Shown here piece by piece: positions 39,701-54,463 of a DNA stretch of 64,000 bases (position 1 is its first letter; every line of letters begins with the position of its first letter). The stretch spans positions 6,274,791-6,338,790 of the forward strand of contig CM082596.2 in assembly GCA_040954595.2 (NCBI GenBank). Direction: 5' to 3'. Position numbers and translations under genes: made by a program. The notes beneath the pieces were generated by a model. That model had not been told where the DNA came from. It saw nothing but the letters and a program-made list of their open reading frames with translations, and made no database searches. The stretch comes from Balanoglossus misakiensis (taxonomy: Eukaryota; Animalia; Hemichordata).

Positions 39701-42554
39701 CACGGCATGCAAAAACGGGCAGGAATGTCGGGAGTTGTAGGGGTAACCTGATCGGCGTGTTAGGTGCCCAGCTATTGCTTGTTGACCGCTTTGTAGTCTT
39801 TGTTTAGGGGGGATTTTCATGGGAACATGTACGCCCGGTGTAAAATAAGCCCCGGCTCAGGCATATGAGTCTCTCTACAGGCCTTTCACAGCCGACAACT
39901 TTACCACTCATGCGAGTCACTGGAAAATATCAGCTCACACTGATCAATTTTTTGACCTGAATATATCTCCCTCTCCCGTGGCGTGCTTTAATGAAAAACA
40001 GATGATTGTGTTCGGCTCAGCTGATTATGAAATAATTAAACACGGGCAAGTTATGACATCTGTCAAGCTTACTTTAATTTAATAATCAAACCGTATGAAA
40101 ACAGAGAATTTTGTATTGCAGAATACTGTTTATGTAATACGTGGGCTGGCTTGGTACGGGTAGAACATTATTTGGTGATTAAATGTGCATTTGTCATGTC
40201 ATGTACTTCATACACTTCATGAGAGACCTGTCTGATTGTTTTCAATTGTCTATGTGGCATCACTGCAGTGTAACCAAATTGCTTCCTCCAATCAAACTGA
40301 TTTCTATTGCTGTCAGGGCAGGCTCATTAACATTCTGGGTGAGTAGTAGTGAGGTATGAGGGTGTTATCTGAAAAGCTGTAATCTCAAATCCAAACCTAA
40401 AACCGAACCATTTTTCTGACAGACTCTTTTTTTCAAGAAAAAAAAAATTGAGATTCCGAAAAAAAAATTGAGATTGTTCTGCATGTAGCAGCCATAATCA
40501 TGAAACGATCACTGGATAGAGACTCCTGATTTGAGATTTCATCGCCAGAACAGTTAGTATAGGACCACAGCATTTAGAATTCTGAGACGTGCATTCTAAA
40601 TTGTAAGAGCAGACCTTTGTTCTGTAAAATTTAGCAGAAGTGTTGGTATTGATTGGCGCATGTGGTGTTTTTCTGTTTGCAAAACCAGCCAAGTGCCAGG
40701 TACAACTACACGCCACGCAGCTACTAGTATGTAACAACCTCACACTTCTCTAAAATTCTAGCATTTAATGAAAATTGCCAAATTTATAGCGTCGTCATGC
40801 TTGTTGAATCCAGAAATGAAGTACAAACAGGCAAACCATGAATTGATGAGGCTGTATTTAGTAATCACTTGACCCTTGACGGAAAGTTGCCTATCGTGTA
40901 GTTTTATCATTCATCTGCCTTCAATATAGTCTTACGGTTATCTGCAGATGGAGTGGAAAACTGATTTTAAATTGGAGTGTGCTTTCTCCAGAAAGTGGAT
41001 GATTCGAAGGTAATAGCGACAGGCAAACATTTTACCAAAACTAAAATGTTTCAAAAGTGACCCATTCTTGGTATTTAAATTGCTCATTTTCTTCCATTTT
41101 CTCTAGATAATGGTGTTTGTGTGCGACTGTTAATTCAGATTTGGATTCTAGCCCTCTGTAGCAAAAGATGCACATTATGTTTGTGTTAGAGATCAGTGCA
41201 ACGTGTTCCCTCTGCATTTAATTCTGCTGGTACAAGCAATTAGACAAAAAAAGGAAGCTTGATCATGCATAGTTAAAATAATCCCCACGTATTATTGAAA
41301 TGGTAATATCAAACCCGGATTTTGTAATACGCACCCCAGCCTGTTTAATGTCCTTGTAGAAAAAAACACACACAAAAAATGGGCGGATTAATCGAAATTA
41401 AACAAAGTGTTATTGAGCCTGTCAGCTGTGAATAGGTTGTCTTAAAATTCTTCCATGAGCGAGGCGAACATGGAAAATACACGGACGAGAGAATCATAGC
41501 CTGGATTATCGTGTGCGTGACTACCCGTTGGTTGCAACAGCTTGGAAGAGATTTTCATTTTACATGCAAGGATTTCCAGAAAGGATGCAAGTAAAATCCC
41601 ATTTTATTGTTGATTTTTTGTTTGTGGTGTGTCAGCCTTTAATAGGCACTGTGATTCTCTATGTGTAAGGTTCTATGATCATAGATGCAATATTATTTTC
41701 ATATATGTATATTCGTACATGCGGATTATTTGATTAGTTTTGATTACAGAAAGCACATTCTTTGGTATTTCCAAACTTTGTGAACCTTTGTTGTCAATTA
41801 TTTTTTATCTACATCCTTTTGTATTTTGTTCAGACGAGGGATTTCAGGTTGACGGTGCGTTTGACTTGGTTCTGGGCTTAACATTATTTTGGATAATGTG
41901 TCTGGCACAGTTTTTATCAAGTTCATTGCTCTGGGATCTGTGTGAGAGGTCAGAGGTCAAGAATCGTGTATGACAGGACGTGGTCTCAGTAATGTTTGCA
42001 GGAACACTTTTGTTTTTCAGTCAATTTCGGACAGCCTTGTGGTTCAACAGGACGGGAACCACACTAAACATGAACTTTTGAATTATCCTCACAAATATTT
42101 ACAATATATCACAATATGGCCCTTTGTGTTGAGTTTCCTTCGCAGCTATGTACAATGTATCTGGAATTTGTGTGGATGCGTTAATCAAAACTATCGGATC
42201 CGAACAAATGAAATTTACACACGGCGAGAAACTCGCCTGTTTGTAGGCGTAGATTTTCTCACGTGTGAAATTTTCATGTACATTGTATCTGCCTGTTGTT
42301 CTGTATTCAGTCTTCTGTGAATTATGAATGATTTGCCTCAAACAATGTTCTGACGACAACCTCAACTCATTTCAGATTCTGGCCATCCATCACATTTTAC
42401 GGCGAATGACTGACAGAGAAAATTATGCCGTCAATTTTCTAACAGCATGTTAAAATGGATAAATAATTCATCAAGATTTAATGGCTTATTAATTCTTTTT
42501 GTTCTTTTTTTATCAATCGTCATTATCTCTTTACACGAAGACAATAGCACCTAA

Positions 42555-44625
42555 AATTAAAGCTGCAAGCAGCATTGAAGGGGCCCAAGCATAGAGTTAA
42601 TAACCATTAGAATCCATTCAGGGTTGTACCATTCAAATGCGTAGGCTGTATTTGCTCTCGATGTTGAAATATGGGGAAGTAGGCAACCACCCGAAATGCA
42701 TGTCCTACAAGTACAAACACAACAACCAAAGGTGAACTTCTCCGTTGTAAGTACTTCAGTAAGTACTTCAAAGGTCAGGTGAGGGTACCCAAAAATTAGG
42801 ATTCTTATTTGGTTCATATTGAAGACAACGGAAAATCCTCGCCCTTTGGGTTGGTCAAATTATATATGGCCATAATAATGAGTTTCGCAAGTAAGTTACA
42901 GGTGGCCCCAGGAATTTAGCATTTCATGACGCAGAGGGTCCTACCCTACCCATCCAAACACCTGGCTATATATGATGTGCATGCTAACATATGGAAAGCA
43001 GGTCAATGGACACCTGAGGTCACCCAAATATTTGACAAAAAAAATTCATTCCTGCTTATGTCATGTGCAACAAATCCTACATTTGCAGCCCTTTCACTTT
43101 GCCTACCATTAGGTATGCACGTAATACATGAATCAAGCAGGTGTCACAGGTATCCCCCTGTATTTGGCATTTTATGATAGTTTCATCCCTCCAAATACCA
43201 AAGCTGCACCTGTACAACGTGCTGAGATATGGCACTGTACGACAGAGGTCATCCAAATCACCTTATACATTTGGGCAAAAACCAACTGACACTTACATTC
43301 GTCCCTGTGGAACAAAAACCACACATATCGCCCTGTTGGTTAGTGTCCAATTAAATGTACAAAATCAATGACTTAGGCAGGTGCAACAGGTGACCCCGCC
43401 TTTGGTATATCATTATGGTCCCATCCGTATATCCCCCCCCCCCCCCCACCACGCCAAAGCTGCATGCATCTGCTGTTATTCACTAAGCAAAAGTAGGTGA
43501 AATGTCACATAAGGTCGTCCACAACTTGACAGGAAAATCGGACTTCATATTGATCCATGTGCAACAAATACCACGCTAGCATCCCTTTTATTGACCCCAC
43601 ACTTACGCATGCACATAATAGAGTTACGCAGGTGTCACAGGTGACCCCCGAATCGGGCGTATTATTTTGGTCCCATACAGCTGCATGAAGCTGCGTGCCA
43701 TTACGGGGGACCTGATAACCCCCATGGTCACCTGTGGGCCGAACCCCATACTGAACGTCCAGTTGCAACGTCACGACTGAAGTAGGAACTTTTGAACGGC
43801 AACGAAGCCTGATCTCTGATGGTACCATACTCCCTTCGTGCAAGAAAATCACTGGTCTGCTTACGTATTTCGGCCAATTTCCCGAACTACTATCCACTAC
43901 ATGTGACTACCATGCTAATGATGAAACCTCCCACAACATTAGCGACTGAGGGTCAAAGTCCGCTGCCGCATTACATTGAATGTTAACCAGTGTAGCCGGG
44001 TCTGCGTAGACACATTTGAACGGCAACAGCTAACAAACTCAGCGTAATTCAATAAAACGCCCTAACACAGCCTGAACTCCGATAATGTGTTGTCCCAAAA
44101 TTCATTCCGTGGAAAATAATCACTGGTCTGTTTACGTATTTCAGCCGATTTTCCAAGGACTACTGCAACCCGCCTGCTAATGAGAGCTCCACAACATTAC
44201 GTAATGACGTTCAAAGTCCGATGCCCCAGTGTTCGTCCTCAGCCCACCAAAAAATGCGAAAAATATTACAAAAATCTTCTTCTCAAAATCAACGTGGCCT
44301 AGGACCTTGAAATTTGGCACAGGGGATTTTGGCCATATGGTCTACAAAAATCGCGAAAAGAATGTATATGCCCCCATTAACGTGCAAATTAGGTCAATTT
44401 GAAAATTACGCTCGATTATAGCCACCAAGTCACGTGACTAATTACAAATTCAAAGGGCAGGTGCACCAGTACTCAGGGGCCCCAATCACCGTGCCAAATT
44501 TCAAGGTCCTAGGCCACGTCGATTTTGAGAAAAACGGGAGCAAAAAAACGACTCAAGAAGAAAGAAGAAAAACTCCAGCAATAACAGAAGGGGACCAAGC
44601 GCCTGAGGGCGCTTGGTCCCCTAAT
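42555..44625 (-). mobile_element. Non-autonomous Helentron/DINE-1(HINE)-like rolling-circle element, ~2.07 kb, both ends present
   Basis: A 15-bp-stem palindrome AGGGGACCAAGCGCC-tgag-GGCGCTTGGTCCCCT lies at 44589-44622. The subterminal repeat GAAGGGGACCAAGC (44587-44600) recurs as GAAGGGGCCCAAGC (42577-42590), next to a short stem-loop GCTGC-AA-GCAGC (42562-42573). Both flanks are A-runs on + (T-runs on -), no TSD is evident, and no Rep/helicase ORF is present. Confidence 0.75.
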
Positions 44626-46363
44626 AAACCGTGTTGGTGAATATCGTTAATTATGTGAGAAAAAAGTGAAAGTCGAGATAAAAAATTCATGAAAAATGCA
44701 AGGGAACATAACTGATGAAGTGCGATCCTGATTGTCGTGTCCTGTTGATGGCAGCTTGGAGCATTTCACGGTCAAATTATCACTGTTGCAGAATTTGCCC
44801 CGGGGCGAGAATTCCATTTGCTTTGTAGGCCGACACGGTGAATTTCAGAAAAAAAGTGTAATCATATAAATTTGTTTTCATTAGCGAAACAGGATAGGAG
44901 TATGAAAATATAAGCACATTTTCTCCGGTTGAACGGTTGGCTGGAGCAGAAAGGAATTTTCAATCAGGTTTTGCATCTTTGTCATTACGCCAGGCCTGGT
45001 GCAAAAAATTTCATTTCTCTCCCGTATAATTTTTTTTCATCGCTGAATATGACAGGGAATGTGTTTGAGAATCGCGACACTAATCTAATTTCCATCTCCC
45101 AGCGTTCTGGCTGCATATACACGGCGGGGTGACACGGCTTGAGAATTTAAATATTCTGTTTGGGAAAAGTGGGTGAAAATGATTGAAAAAATCAGTGCAT
45201 TTTCCAAGGGAAGTGTGATCCTGCATAAAGTGGAATTTTTGTGAGCGAAAGACGCACAGCACAGCACAAAAGAGATTTTCCCGAAAAAGCTCGGAATATT
45301 CATGAGAATTTCCTAAAAGGTTGGCCCTCTAACCTTGCGTATGTCATTGTTTGCAAGAGTTGCCCGGAGGCTTGGAGTAATGCACGGGGCAGCACCGCTA
45401 CAAAGTGTACTGCCTCGTTTTTTGATTAAGATCGACTAATTATTTTGAAGTGCTTGGCGTGATTGACTCTCTTTGAGACGAAGAATCGGCACTGGCCCAT
45501 AATTTCGCAAATTTCACGCCGTCTAATATGCGAGCTTTTGATTGTCTTTCAGCGGAGAGGCATAAAAACGAGTACAAGCAAATGAAGGCATATTTATTAT
45601 GTGTATTTTTTCCCCGAGCACCGCGGGCTTCCTGTGGTGAGGATTTTGATTTTGTGAGAAATTGACTCGTGTTTGATTAATCTGCAGAACGGGTGCGAAA
45701 ATGCGTGCGGTACTTGTAGTCTGCTTTATTGGAACTAGTGGGGAGCATCGCGAAGACAGCAAATGCTGACGTGCTTGAAAACAAGACCTGAGATTTTCGA
45801 GAACTACACGCAGATAGCAAATTTGACTTTCTCACAAGTGCCATTGAAAAACACACGCAGACAATGGGTGTGTACGACAGATCGCGCAATTCTGCATTCA
45901 CACCAAATCACATCAAATTTATGAGCGAGTGTTATGTAGTTTGAAAGCAAATAACTATTTCAGCTTTTCTTCACGCCAAAGCTTCAATATAAAGTTTTAT
46001 TATTACTGTGAATGCCTGTCGTGAAATGAAAAACGGAAAGTCTGGCATATCAATCCCATTTCGGTGTACTTTTTGACTTCAACATTTTATTCAATTAAAA
46101 TGGACCTGAACAATCCAAATTACTGTTCTAGTCCATGGAAGATCTAGACACCACTTTTACCATCATTCATTCTCGCCTGGAGTTCTTGGAATTATTTTTT
46201 TAAAAACATACTATCTTCATTATGAATATGTAAACTTAGGAGATGTTTGGATAGATATTACTTCATCACTCGTTGCAGAATCTTGTCTGTTTCATTTCAA
46301 ATATATCCAAATTACCCTAAGTACAAAAGCAGTGTTTTTGTATACAGGTAGCTGTGATTACTC

Positions 46364-46440
46364 AGAGAGAGAGGGAGAGAGAGAGAGAGAGAGGGGGGGG
46401 GGGGGTAGAAGGGATGGAGAGAGAGAGAGAGAGAGAGAGA
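46364..46440. repeat. Compound (AG)n-G run-(AG)n microsatellite
   Basis: Seen directly. Confidence 0.9.
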
Positions 46441-49400
46441 AATTCAGTGGGTTTAAACAAGCCAGACATCTCTAAAAGCGAGCAATTTGTAAGTGAACCT
46501 CTCATCATTATCTCTGGTCTCCCGTTCATGTCTCTGCGGCCGGGATGACTGATCATGACGGATAAGTCTCATCGATTCACGCTCACTGGGCTGAGTCACA
46601 TTTATTGTCAGTCACAGTCATCTACAAAAAAAGCTCAGCGGGAATCACAATCTCTTGATCGAAAATCACCCATCACTCGGTCTAAAACCACTGCCGCAAA
46701 TTTCAACAATTATTTCCAAATAAAATAAAAAATACCAAGGCAAAATTTCTGTTGAATTGAACAAAAAATTAAAAATTGATGACTTGTGACTCAGCTATCT
46801 GGCCTTGTACGCTCAGACCCCAATTTATTTATTTCGCGATAGGAAAATGTTAAATTTTAATCTTTATTTGATGGTAATATTTGAGAAGCGTGTATCAACT
46901 CAAAAATGGCCTGATTTTCCCAGAGATTCTTTTTAATGAGCGTACTGTCATTCATCCAACGGTAAGATATTAAATTTCTCGCGTTGCCTGAAGTGATTTG
47001 GTATGTATGTCAGAAAATCTATAAATTGCTATGCCAGCCTGGCTCTCATTTGCACCAATGCCTGAAACTGATGTTGTACTCGATGAATTGGCCTTAGAAT
47101 TTGCTGCAATATATCGAGCTGCATGGATTATCAGCGCATTCGTTCTCCAAATCAAATGGGGACATTTTTTTTGCCCTGTTAATGCAGCAGCTAGCATTGT
47201 AGGGTAACCGAGTCGATAAATAATACAGATATATTTAAAGAGGTAGTTTTCATCAAAGTTGGAACATTTGTACATTTATATTTATAATAACCCGCGAAAA
47301 AAAATGTTTAGTCAAATTTTACAAATGCGTCAAGATTTTTCTTTTTTCGGGGGGAGATGCTTCTCCACTGAAATGGAAGGAAATGCCGCCATGTTTACAG
47401 GAAGTCAAGATGGGAGAAATGGCCGCTCAGTCTCCGCTAATGGTTTTGGTAAAATATTCATTGAGAACTGGGGATTTGTTCTCCCAGACTGGGGGTACTT
47501 CGAATGCTAAAACAAAAACGCGGCGCGTTGAATAAAATATGACGCCATCAGAATGCCAAACGTGTAGCACAGGTACGCAAATTAATGGTGACCAGTTGAA
47601 GTAAAAGGCTTGATTCCGAGTCAGTTTGCGCCGATGCGAATAACGTGTACACTGGCGGCCTACAAAGAACCCATTCCTCTGGAAGGGCTGGGCTTTTTTT
47701 TTTTAAAAGACAGGGACTCGCTCTGGGATTTGAGTCGTACAGCTGGCTTAATCACAATTGACGGTTAAAGTGAAGGCTCTGAGGGGTTTCGGTAATAGGT
47801 TATTGTGAGTGGCCGCGTCATCAGGCAGAAGCTCCTGGCCAATGAAAACACCGAATAGAGGGAGAGAAAATGTTTAATTTCGTGTTTATCCTCTCGCGTT
47901 CCCCCATGAATAGTCGGGGGAGCTTGTGTAACTTTTCATTTATTTTTGTATTGAAATGTGACTCGGAATTCGCTGAGAATGTTACGATCCACTGGGAGCA
48001 GTCTGATTCTGTCACAAAAAAGGACCTGAAATTACAAGATGCAGTCAAACCACATTGGATTCCATCAGCAGGAAGACCATTATATTCCTGTTAGAGTTCA
48101 TGCAAAGACACACAGAGTCGGAATGGTGTTTGCTTGTTGTGCTTAATTTACTCCACTGGATTTGCTCAGAAAGGAATCTGGTTGCCATGGCAGCAGGGAT
48201 TACCATCTTGCCACTGGAGTGAGTGAGTACATTTTCACATACTTGTAGATGATTATTTCTTGACTACCTTAAGCATTATATCTTCATCAACAAATTCACA
48301 AAATCTAGTTGTAGTCTTATACATGTAGCCTGGTCAGACCCTCCATATATACGCACAGATTTGGCTAAAATGTATTATAGTCAGTGAAAATGTTATGTTG
48401 TTTCTATTGTGTGTAGATGGCATCTGTTTCTGGATCCCGGTGCACTTTCAACATCACAGACATCAATTTTCAATCATGTCAAACCAAACAAAACCCAATT
48501 TTACCCTATTTAATACAAATCATTGCGAAGCAGATGGCTGTGAGAGTTTTTGCCTGTACGGTCAGAATCTGAAGTGGTATGTATCTGAGTCAATTACCAA
48601 AAGCAATCCCTCTTTCCAACATCGTTCCAAGTATTTAAATATGAGAATACAATATGTACAAATCGTCTTTTATAGCAGTGCCGGCCTTGTCAACACAACT
48701 ATCTCGCATGTACAGCCATACGCGAAGGGCAGCTGCCTTGGAATGAGTTACCTTATCCTTCAGTTTGTAAAATTTTTGTTTCTCCATGTAAACGAAAAAT
48801 TTAATTTTGCTATAAAATGTAATTAGAGTGGTTTGGATAATGCCAAATGAACAAAATTCACTGTAGAGGCCCGGGTTTATTGACAGTCTGTGTTATTTTG
48901 CCTTTTGGGGCTTGTCGCAATGAGAAGTTGACCAATCAGAGTTGGCGTTACCTTGAACTGGAGGTCACCTCAAGATATGTATGCCCAGCGGCTGTTTCTA
49001 AGGTAGACTTTGGGGGGCATGCCCAGGAGCTCTGGATGAAATGTATTTCTGTTTTAATATGTGAGATGAAATGGCAGCGTACAAGCATGCGTGTGTGTGT
49101 GTATGGATCGGTGGATGTTGGTCACTGGTTACTGGCCGGGGTTGTTTTTCGCCTGGTGGTTTGGAAGCTTTGTTGGGGTCATGATCAACCAGAACATGCA
49201 GTACAACCTGAGAGGCAGAGGTTGACAAACAGTGCCTCTTCCATATTGTTCAACTTCTTCTGAATTCGAACTTCACATTGAGATTTTTTGTTCCAAACTC
49301 GACGGAAGGGGGTGCATGGCCACAAAAAGACACTGTGCGACTTCTTCTACCTGCTGGATACAATTTCAAAATGAAAATTCAACACCACGAGTCAGAAAAC

Positions 49401-51029
49401 CATACCACCTGAAGTCCTGACCCTGGTTGAAGTGTGAAGCCAGCCAACCAACCCAGCCTGATGTGTGTGCACACAGCCGCCGCACAAAGGAAGCCCAGCG
49501 CGTCTGTTCTGAGGACAAACTTTCTGGTGACAGGACCCCACGATATGTATGCTGCCATTGTTCAGTGTGTAAACTGCCCCAACAACACATGCCTGCCCGC
49601 AGTTGCCGACAGAAGCGAGTATAAACAGCGTCACCTTGATCCGTCGTTGGGAACATGTCACCTTTTCTGTGACATCGCAGGTAAGTGGCCGCAAAGAGGC
49701 TGCCAATGGCCGATTGAGCACTTTCCCTGCTGTCAGCAACCGTCCACTTTTGCAGCAAACGACAGATTTTTTCACACCTTTACAGGAGTTAATAGCCCTT
49801 CATTCTGCTCTCTTGCCATTTTTTAAGAGAAGAAAAAAAACACCCACTCCTTTGGCTACTGTTCTCAGTGACCATTTTGAAATCGCTAGACTTGTGCCCA
49901 GGTAATGTATACGGGCAATTGTAATGTTGTTATGTTTTGCCAAAATGTAGCAAGTGCATTTTCATGTGAACGTGCCTACTATTTTACATAGCAGAACGTA
50001 TGAACAAAATATGAAGATATATTCTGAAGGAAGACAACGTAATTTTACAATTGGCATTTTAATCATCAATGATAACTGTCGTGTGATTTGAGAAGTGCTT
50101 TATTTTTTTCAGGTTGAAATTTTCCAGATGCAGATATTAAGTGAACCATGGCATTTCCTTATCAAAAATGGTTTCAAATTACAGAAAGCCCAACATTGAG
50201 AAGGAAAAGATGTCGAGAGATAAGTACATACGATAATTCTTTTTAACCCAATGATATTATCCTCAAATACAAATTCTCATCCTTTGTTGCTGTGCTGAGG
50301 ACTGAATGTGTTCGACTCAAATAATATTGTATTTTTACTCAAAAATAGGGAGAATTTTGTGCAAAGTTCAATTTTCCAAAACTTAATTAAGAAGAAATAG
50401 ATAATGAAACCTAGTTGAAGAGACTGTCATGTCTATTCATCATTGTATGCATACTCATCAAGTGACAATTAAAGTTCAATTACTTGATGACAAATCTCAT
50501 TTCATTCCAATTACTCAGGATGACATATACATGCATATCTTATGATTCCCTTGAAATGTTTCACTTATTGAAAACAAAACAAATGGCACAAACATTTGTT
50601 TAATGCCTTCTTTCATTTTTATCGCCATTTTGCGTCAAAACTGTCAGCACAGTGTTTTCAGGTGGTTTGCTTGCAGCAAAAAAATGTCCAATTTTGATAC
50701 CTGCAACAAAATCCTCGGAATGAGAGGGAATTTTGTCATCAAATATGGCCGTTGACGCGATTACTTAATCTGATAAATATTTTATTAAACTGAAGTAAGG
50801 TTCTAATTAAAATTGGTAATTTTGAGACAGAAAATGGATGATGAAATATGTTTCCATAGCAACATAGTGCATGATGACCTATTTTTGTAGTATTTTAATA
50901 TCTAAAAGTGATAGCACAGGAATAGTCAATTTGGGTAATTTTGGTTGATTTTGAATAATTTTTTCACAGCTACACATCGCTTGGCGGAAAATGGAACCCG
51001 AAATATATGGATTTTGTATTTGTTTCCAG

Positions 51030-51114
51030 TTGAAACCGTAGGAGCTGAGAGTGTGGTGGCACTGGTCAGCAACGGAGAGAGATGTTGTGTTCTGTTTATT
51101 CGACTCGAACACAG
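51030..51114 (+). other. Candidate 85-nt internal exon of an unidentified transcript
   Basis: Acceptor ttttgtatttgtttccag (AG 51028-51029) and consensus donor CAG|GTGAGT (GT 51115). Confidence 0.4.
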
Positions 51115-52554
51115 GTGAGTGAGATTTGCCAGTTTCTTTGGTTTTCTAGTTTACAGTTTCTTATGTTGTGTGAGTCTGGGTTGTTGTCCAGTAGACAATG
51201 AGGGGCAAGTTGTGACAAACATGGCCTCCGTTTACAAGAAACTCATCTTTGCAGGCTTTAAAAAAAAACAGACGACTTCGACAAACATTCTGCCACTGTC
51301 TGCTGACTTTTAGGTGTAGCGAATACTGCAGGTAACATCTTGGATGTAGTGTACAACATGCAAGAAAATATTAACTTTTAGGTTTCGTCAACTACGCAGT
51401 ACATTTCTGAGCTGAACTTAGTATAAAATCACAAATTGTTATTGAGACCCCCCCCCCCCCCCCCATAAACAATCCCTTTTCAAGTCAGACAAGTGGAATA
51501 TTGACATTCTGGGCAGTTGCTGCCGACTGTTAGCAATGAACTGTGTTTGTTGAACCAGCTGCCCTTTGCCTTGGAGCTAAGGAATTCACACGTACACTCT
51601 AAACCAAGATTCCCTTTGTGGAGAAAAAAAAAATATATGCCGGCTAATTCTCAAATTAATTGAGTGACCGGCTGTATTTATGACAGCACTAGTCCAGACG
51701 AGAAACAGAGCTGTAGAAATGAAAAGGGGAAAAATGATTTCTGGGTGTTAATTGGTGCTTATTACAGCCGTGTTGTGTTTCTCAGCATGAAGCATTGGTG
51801 CAGGGCTGGTGCAGATTTTAATGTGCTGACCGGAATTTACGGCGCAGGCTGTCTTCACAGAATTGTAAATTTCCAGTCCTTTATGGGGCCGAGGGTAACA
51901 GTTGTCTTTTTACTGCGGGTGACATAATGAACGGCCAACTTTTTTTTATTATTTTTTAACTTCAGTTCTTATTTTTACGAGAGTTTACGCGAGGTGAACT
52001 GCACTCTGTCATAAGGGACGAGATGTGTCCCTTGTTTTCGCTTTCCTACCGCCATGAGTCCAACAGAAATGCATCAGATATATGGCCAACCTGGTATAAT
52101 GCAGTAGCCGGTATAGATATATTGACCTATACCGTGTTTCCAGCTATTGTAAAGCTTTTCAATTGTACGCGATACGTTTCAACTAGTGCAAGAAAAAAAA
52201 CCGGGTAGCTATTACCGATATATTGACTCTGTCGTCGTTTCTTGATCTGAGCGAAAGAATTAAGTTCCAGCGCGGCCATCAATACCCGAACAAAAGTGTG
52301 AAAAGCATGCATGCACCAGGTCGTAGAAGTATTGAATTTTTCTCCCTCTCTCTCAAGGGCTTGGGTTTATATCGCAACATCAATACCCATGAGACAAGAG
52401 AAGCAACATTAGTAATTTGTCCTCGGCCAGTCAGAAAGGCCATACGCAATTTGCTCTAGCGCTGCCATTATTTGAATTTCATTGAACGTTTTTTCACCCA
52501 CTATGCGTCAGACCTCTTTAAGCAGGTTGTCAGACTTGACTTGCGCTGTTAACG

Positions 52555-52612
52555 TGACGATGATGATGATGATGGTGATGATGATGATGATGATGACGAT
52601 GACGATGATGAC

Positions 52613-52648
<36 letters not shown>
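52555..52648. repeat. (ATG/ACG)n trinucleotide microsatellite, ~31 units
   Basis: Seen directly; it produces the spurious poly-Met ORF 52482-52682. Confidence 0.95.
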
Positions 52649-54312
52649 AAAAGCAAGATGGAGGTCTCATTCAGACAAATAAATTAAAGTGTCAACGAAA
52701 GCATTTCTGCTCGAGAATTAAATCTTAATAAAACAGCATTGCAATAACATTAGAACTAAGACATCAAAACAAATTTGAATTAATCTGTTTTTTATTGCAA
52801 AAGATAAAAAACCCATAGTAACAGGATATCAAGTGTGGAAATTTAACTGGGAATGTCAGAGCGTCTACGGTCAGTCGATCCTCTGATATTAATTATATTC
52901 ATCAATATGAGTCGTGTCCTTTTTATTATGCAGTTGTAAACTTATGCTTTTTCCATGCTGACTAGAACGTATTGATTGATCTGAGGCTGTAGGAGTGGTT
53001 TGTTTGAGCAGAGCTGTGCCTTGGTGATTAAACTCGCACACATTGCCCCTGAATAAACTGATTTCTTTTTTGTTCAGTCGTGATTATAGACGTTGTGATA
53101 TGTCGCCAAATTGACACGGGTAAAGCAGGCTGTGACATATGTACGCCGACGATCATCATATTAAATCACTCGACATCGCGAGCCACTGCTGTTGGAGAGA
53201 GGCTGTGATGGTGTTTCCATTTCTGGATATTTTCCAGTTTTCGTTCTCGTTCCTGAAAAACCCCCACGATGTTCTGATTTTGAGAATTTAATGTTATCAA
53301 GGGGAGAGGGGGATTGTTACTAAATTGTAATGATTTCACACGGCGTATTGGTGAGCGGCACACGCTAATATTTGTTACTTCATTGAAATGTCAATACATT
53401 AATTATGAGAGAAGGGACCATTTTGGCGCAGAGGTGGGTTTCAGGTGGGATGGCAGAGGGGCTTCATACAACAGTTGCTGCATTTTCGACAGAGTCAGGC
53501 GATCAGTCTGAATGTGTTTATGAGCGCCAAAGAAAGCGAGGGTAATGTCTTTATGGTGATGGTGTTCATAATTTGCTGCTGTCATCTTTATAGACAGACA
53601 CTGACGCAATTGATTTCATCGTAAGAGAGCAAAAATTGACACAGAAGAGACCTCTTCTTTTTTGGCAGGAAAAGTTCTGTTTTTGAAACAGGGCAGATAT
53701 AGCAATGCACTGCTGTTATTTTCACCCCCACCCTCTCTCCCGCATCAGCTGTTTGTTTGCGCCAAGGACCCCCAGAGATGAGCAAGAGGTTGCAACAAAG
53801 AAAAAAAAAAAACACAAATGAAAGAAAGGTGCTGAGAATAATAATGTGAAATGAAAATCTGACCCTGGGATTCCTGTTGCCGTACAACTGGACAGCGTGT
53901 TTTTTAAAGCAGTCGGCACGGGCGGACAGAAAGAAAAAAAGGGCCCGGGTGCACAAGCGATTTGCTTCTGGTGACTGGACATGCATGAGATCTCAAAAGA
54001 ATGCGGAGAGAATAGCCGCTGAATGGGGGCCGCTGATATTAAGCTCGGCCCCAAATTAGAGCCAAATTTCTGCCCCATTCAAAGCGAGAGAAAAGGAACG
54101 GAACGTGGCTTTTGGGTGACACCATAAGCTGCCAGTTTTTTTGTTTTTTTTTAAAGCGGACGGCCTTCACAAAAGAGATCAGTGCTGTTCACTTGGGACG
54201 TGTGTTAGATATGGAAGCCAGCAATGCCGTTGCTGCAGTTTATGTCCAAAAAAAAATATCTCTGTTTCTTTGTCTGTCTCTCTCTGCTCTCTTCAGTTTT
54301 ATATACATGCGC

Positions 54313-54409
54313 TTTTTGGAATCTAAACAAATTGGAGCCTGTGCTAAGATTGAAATGAGAAAGTTTGTGTGTGTAGTTGTGCCTGTTAAAATTCTCTTTC
54401 CATTTGCTA

Positions 54410-54463
<54 letters not shown>

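Noticed and set aside
52482-52682. Poly-methionine ORF
   Set aside because: It is a translation of an (ATG)n microsatellite.
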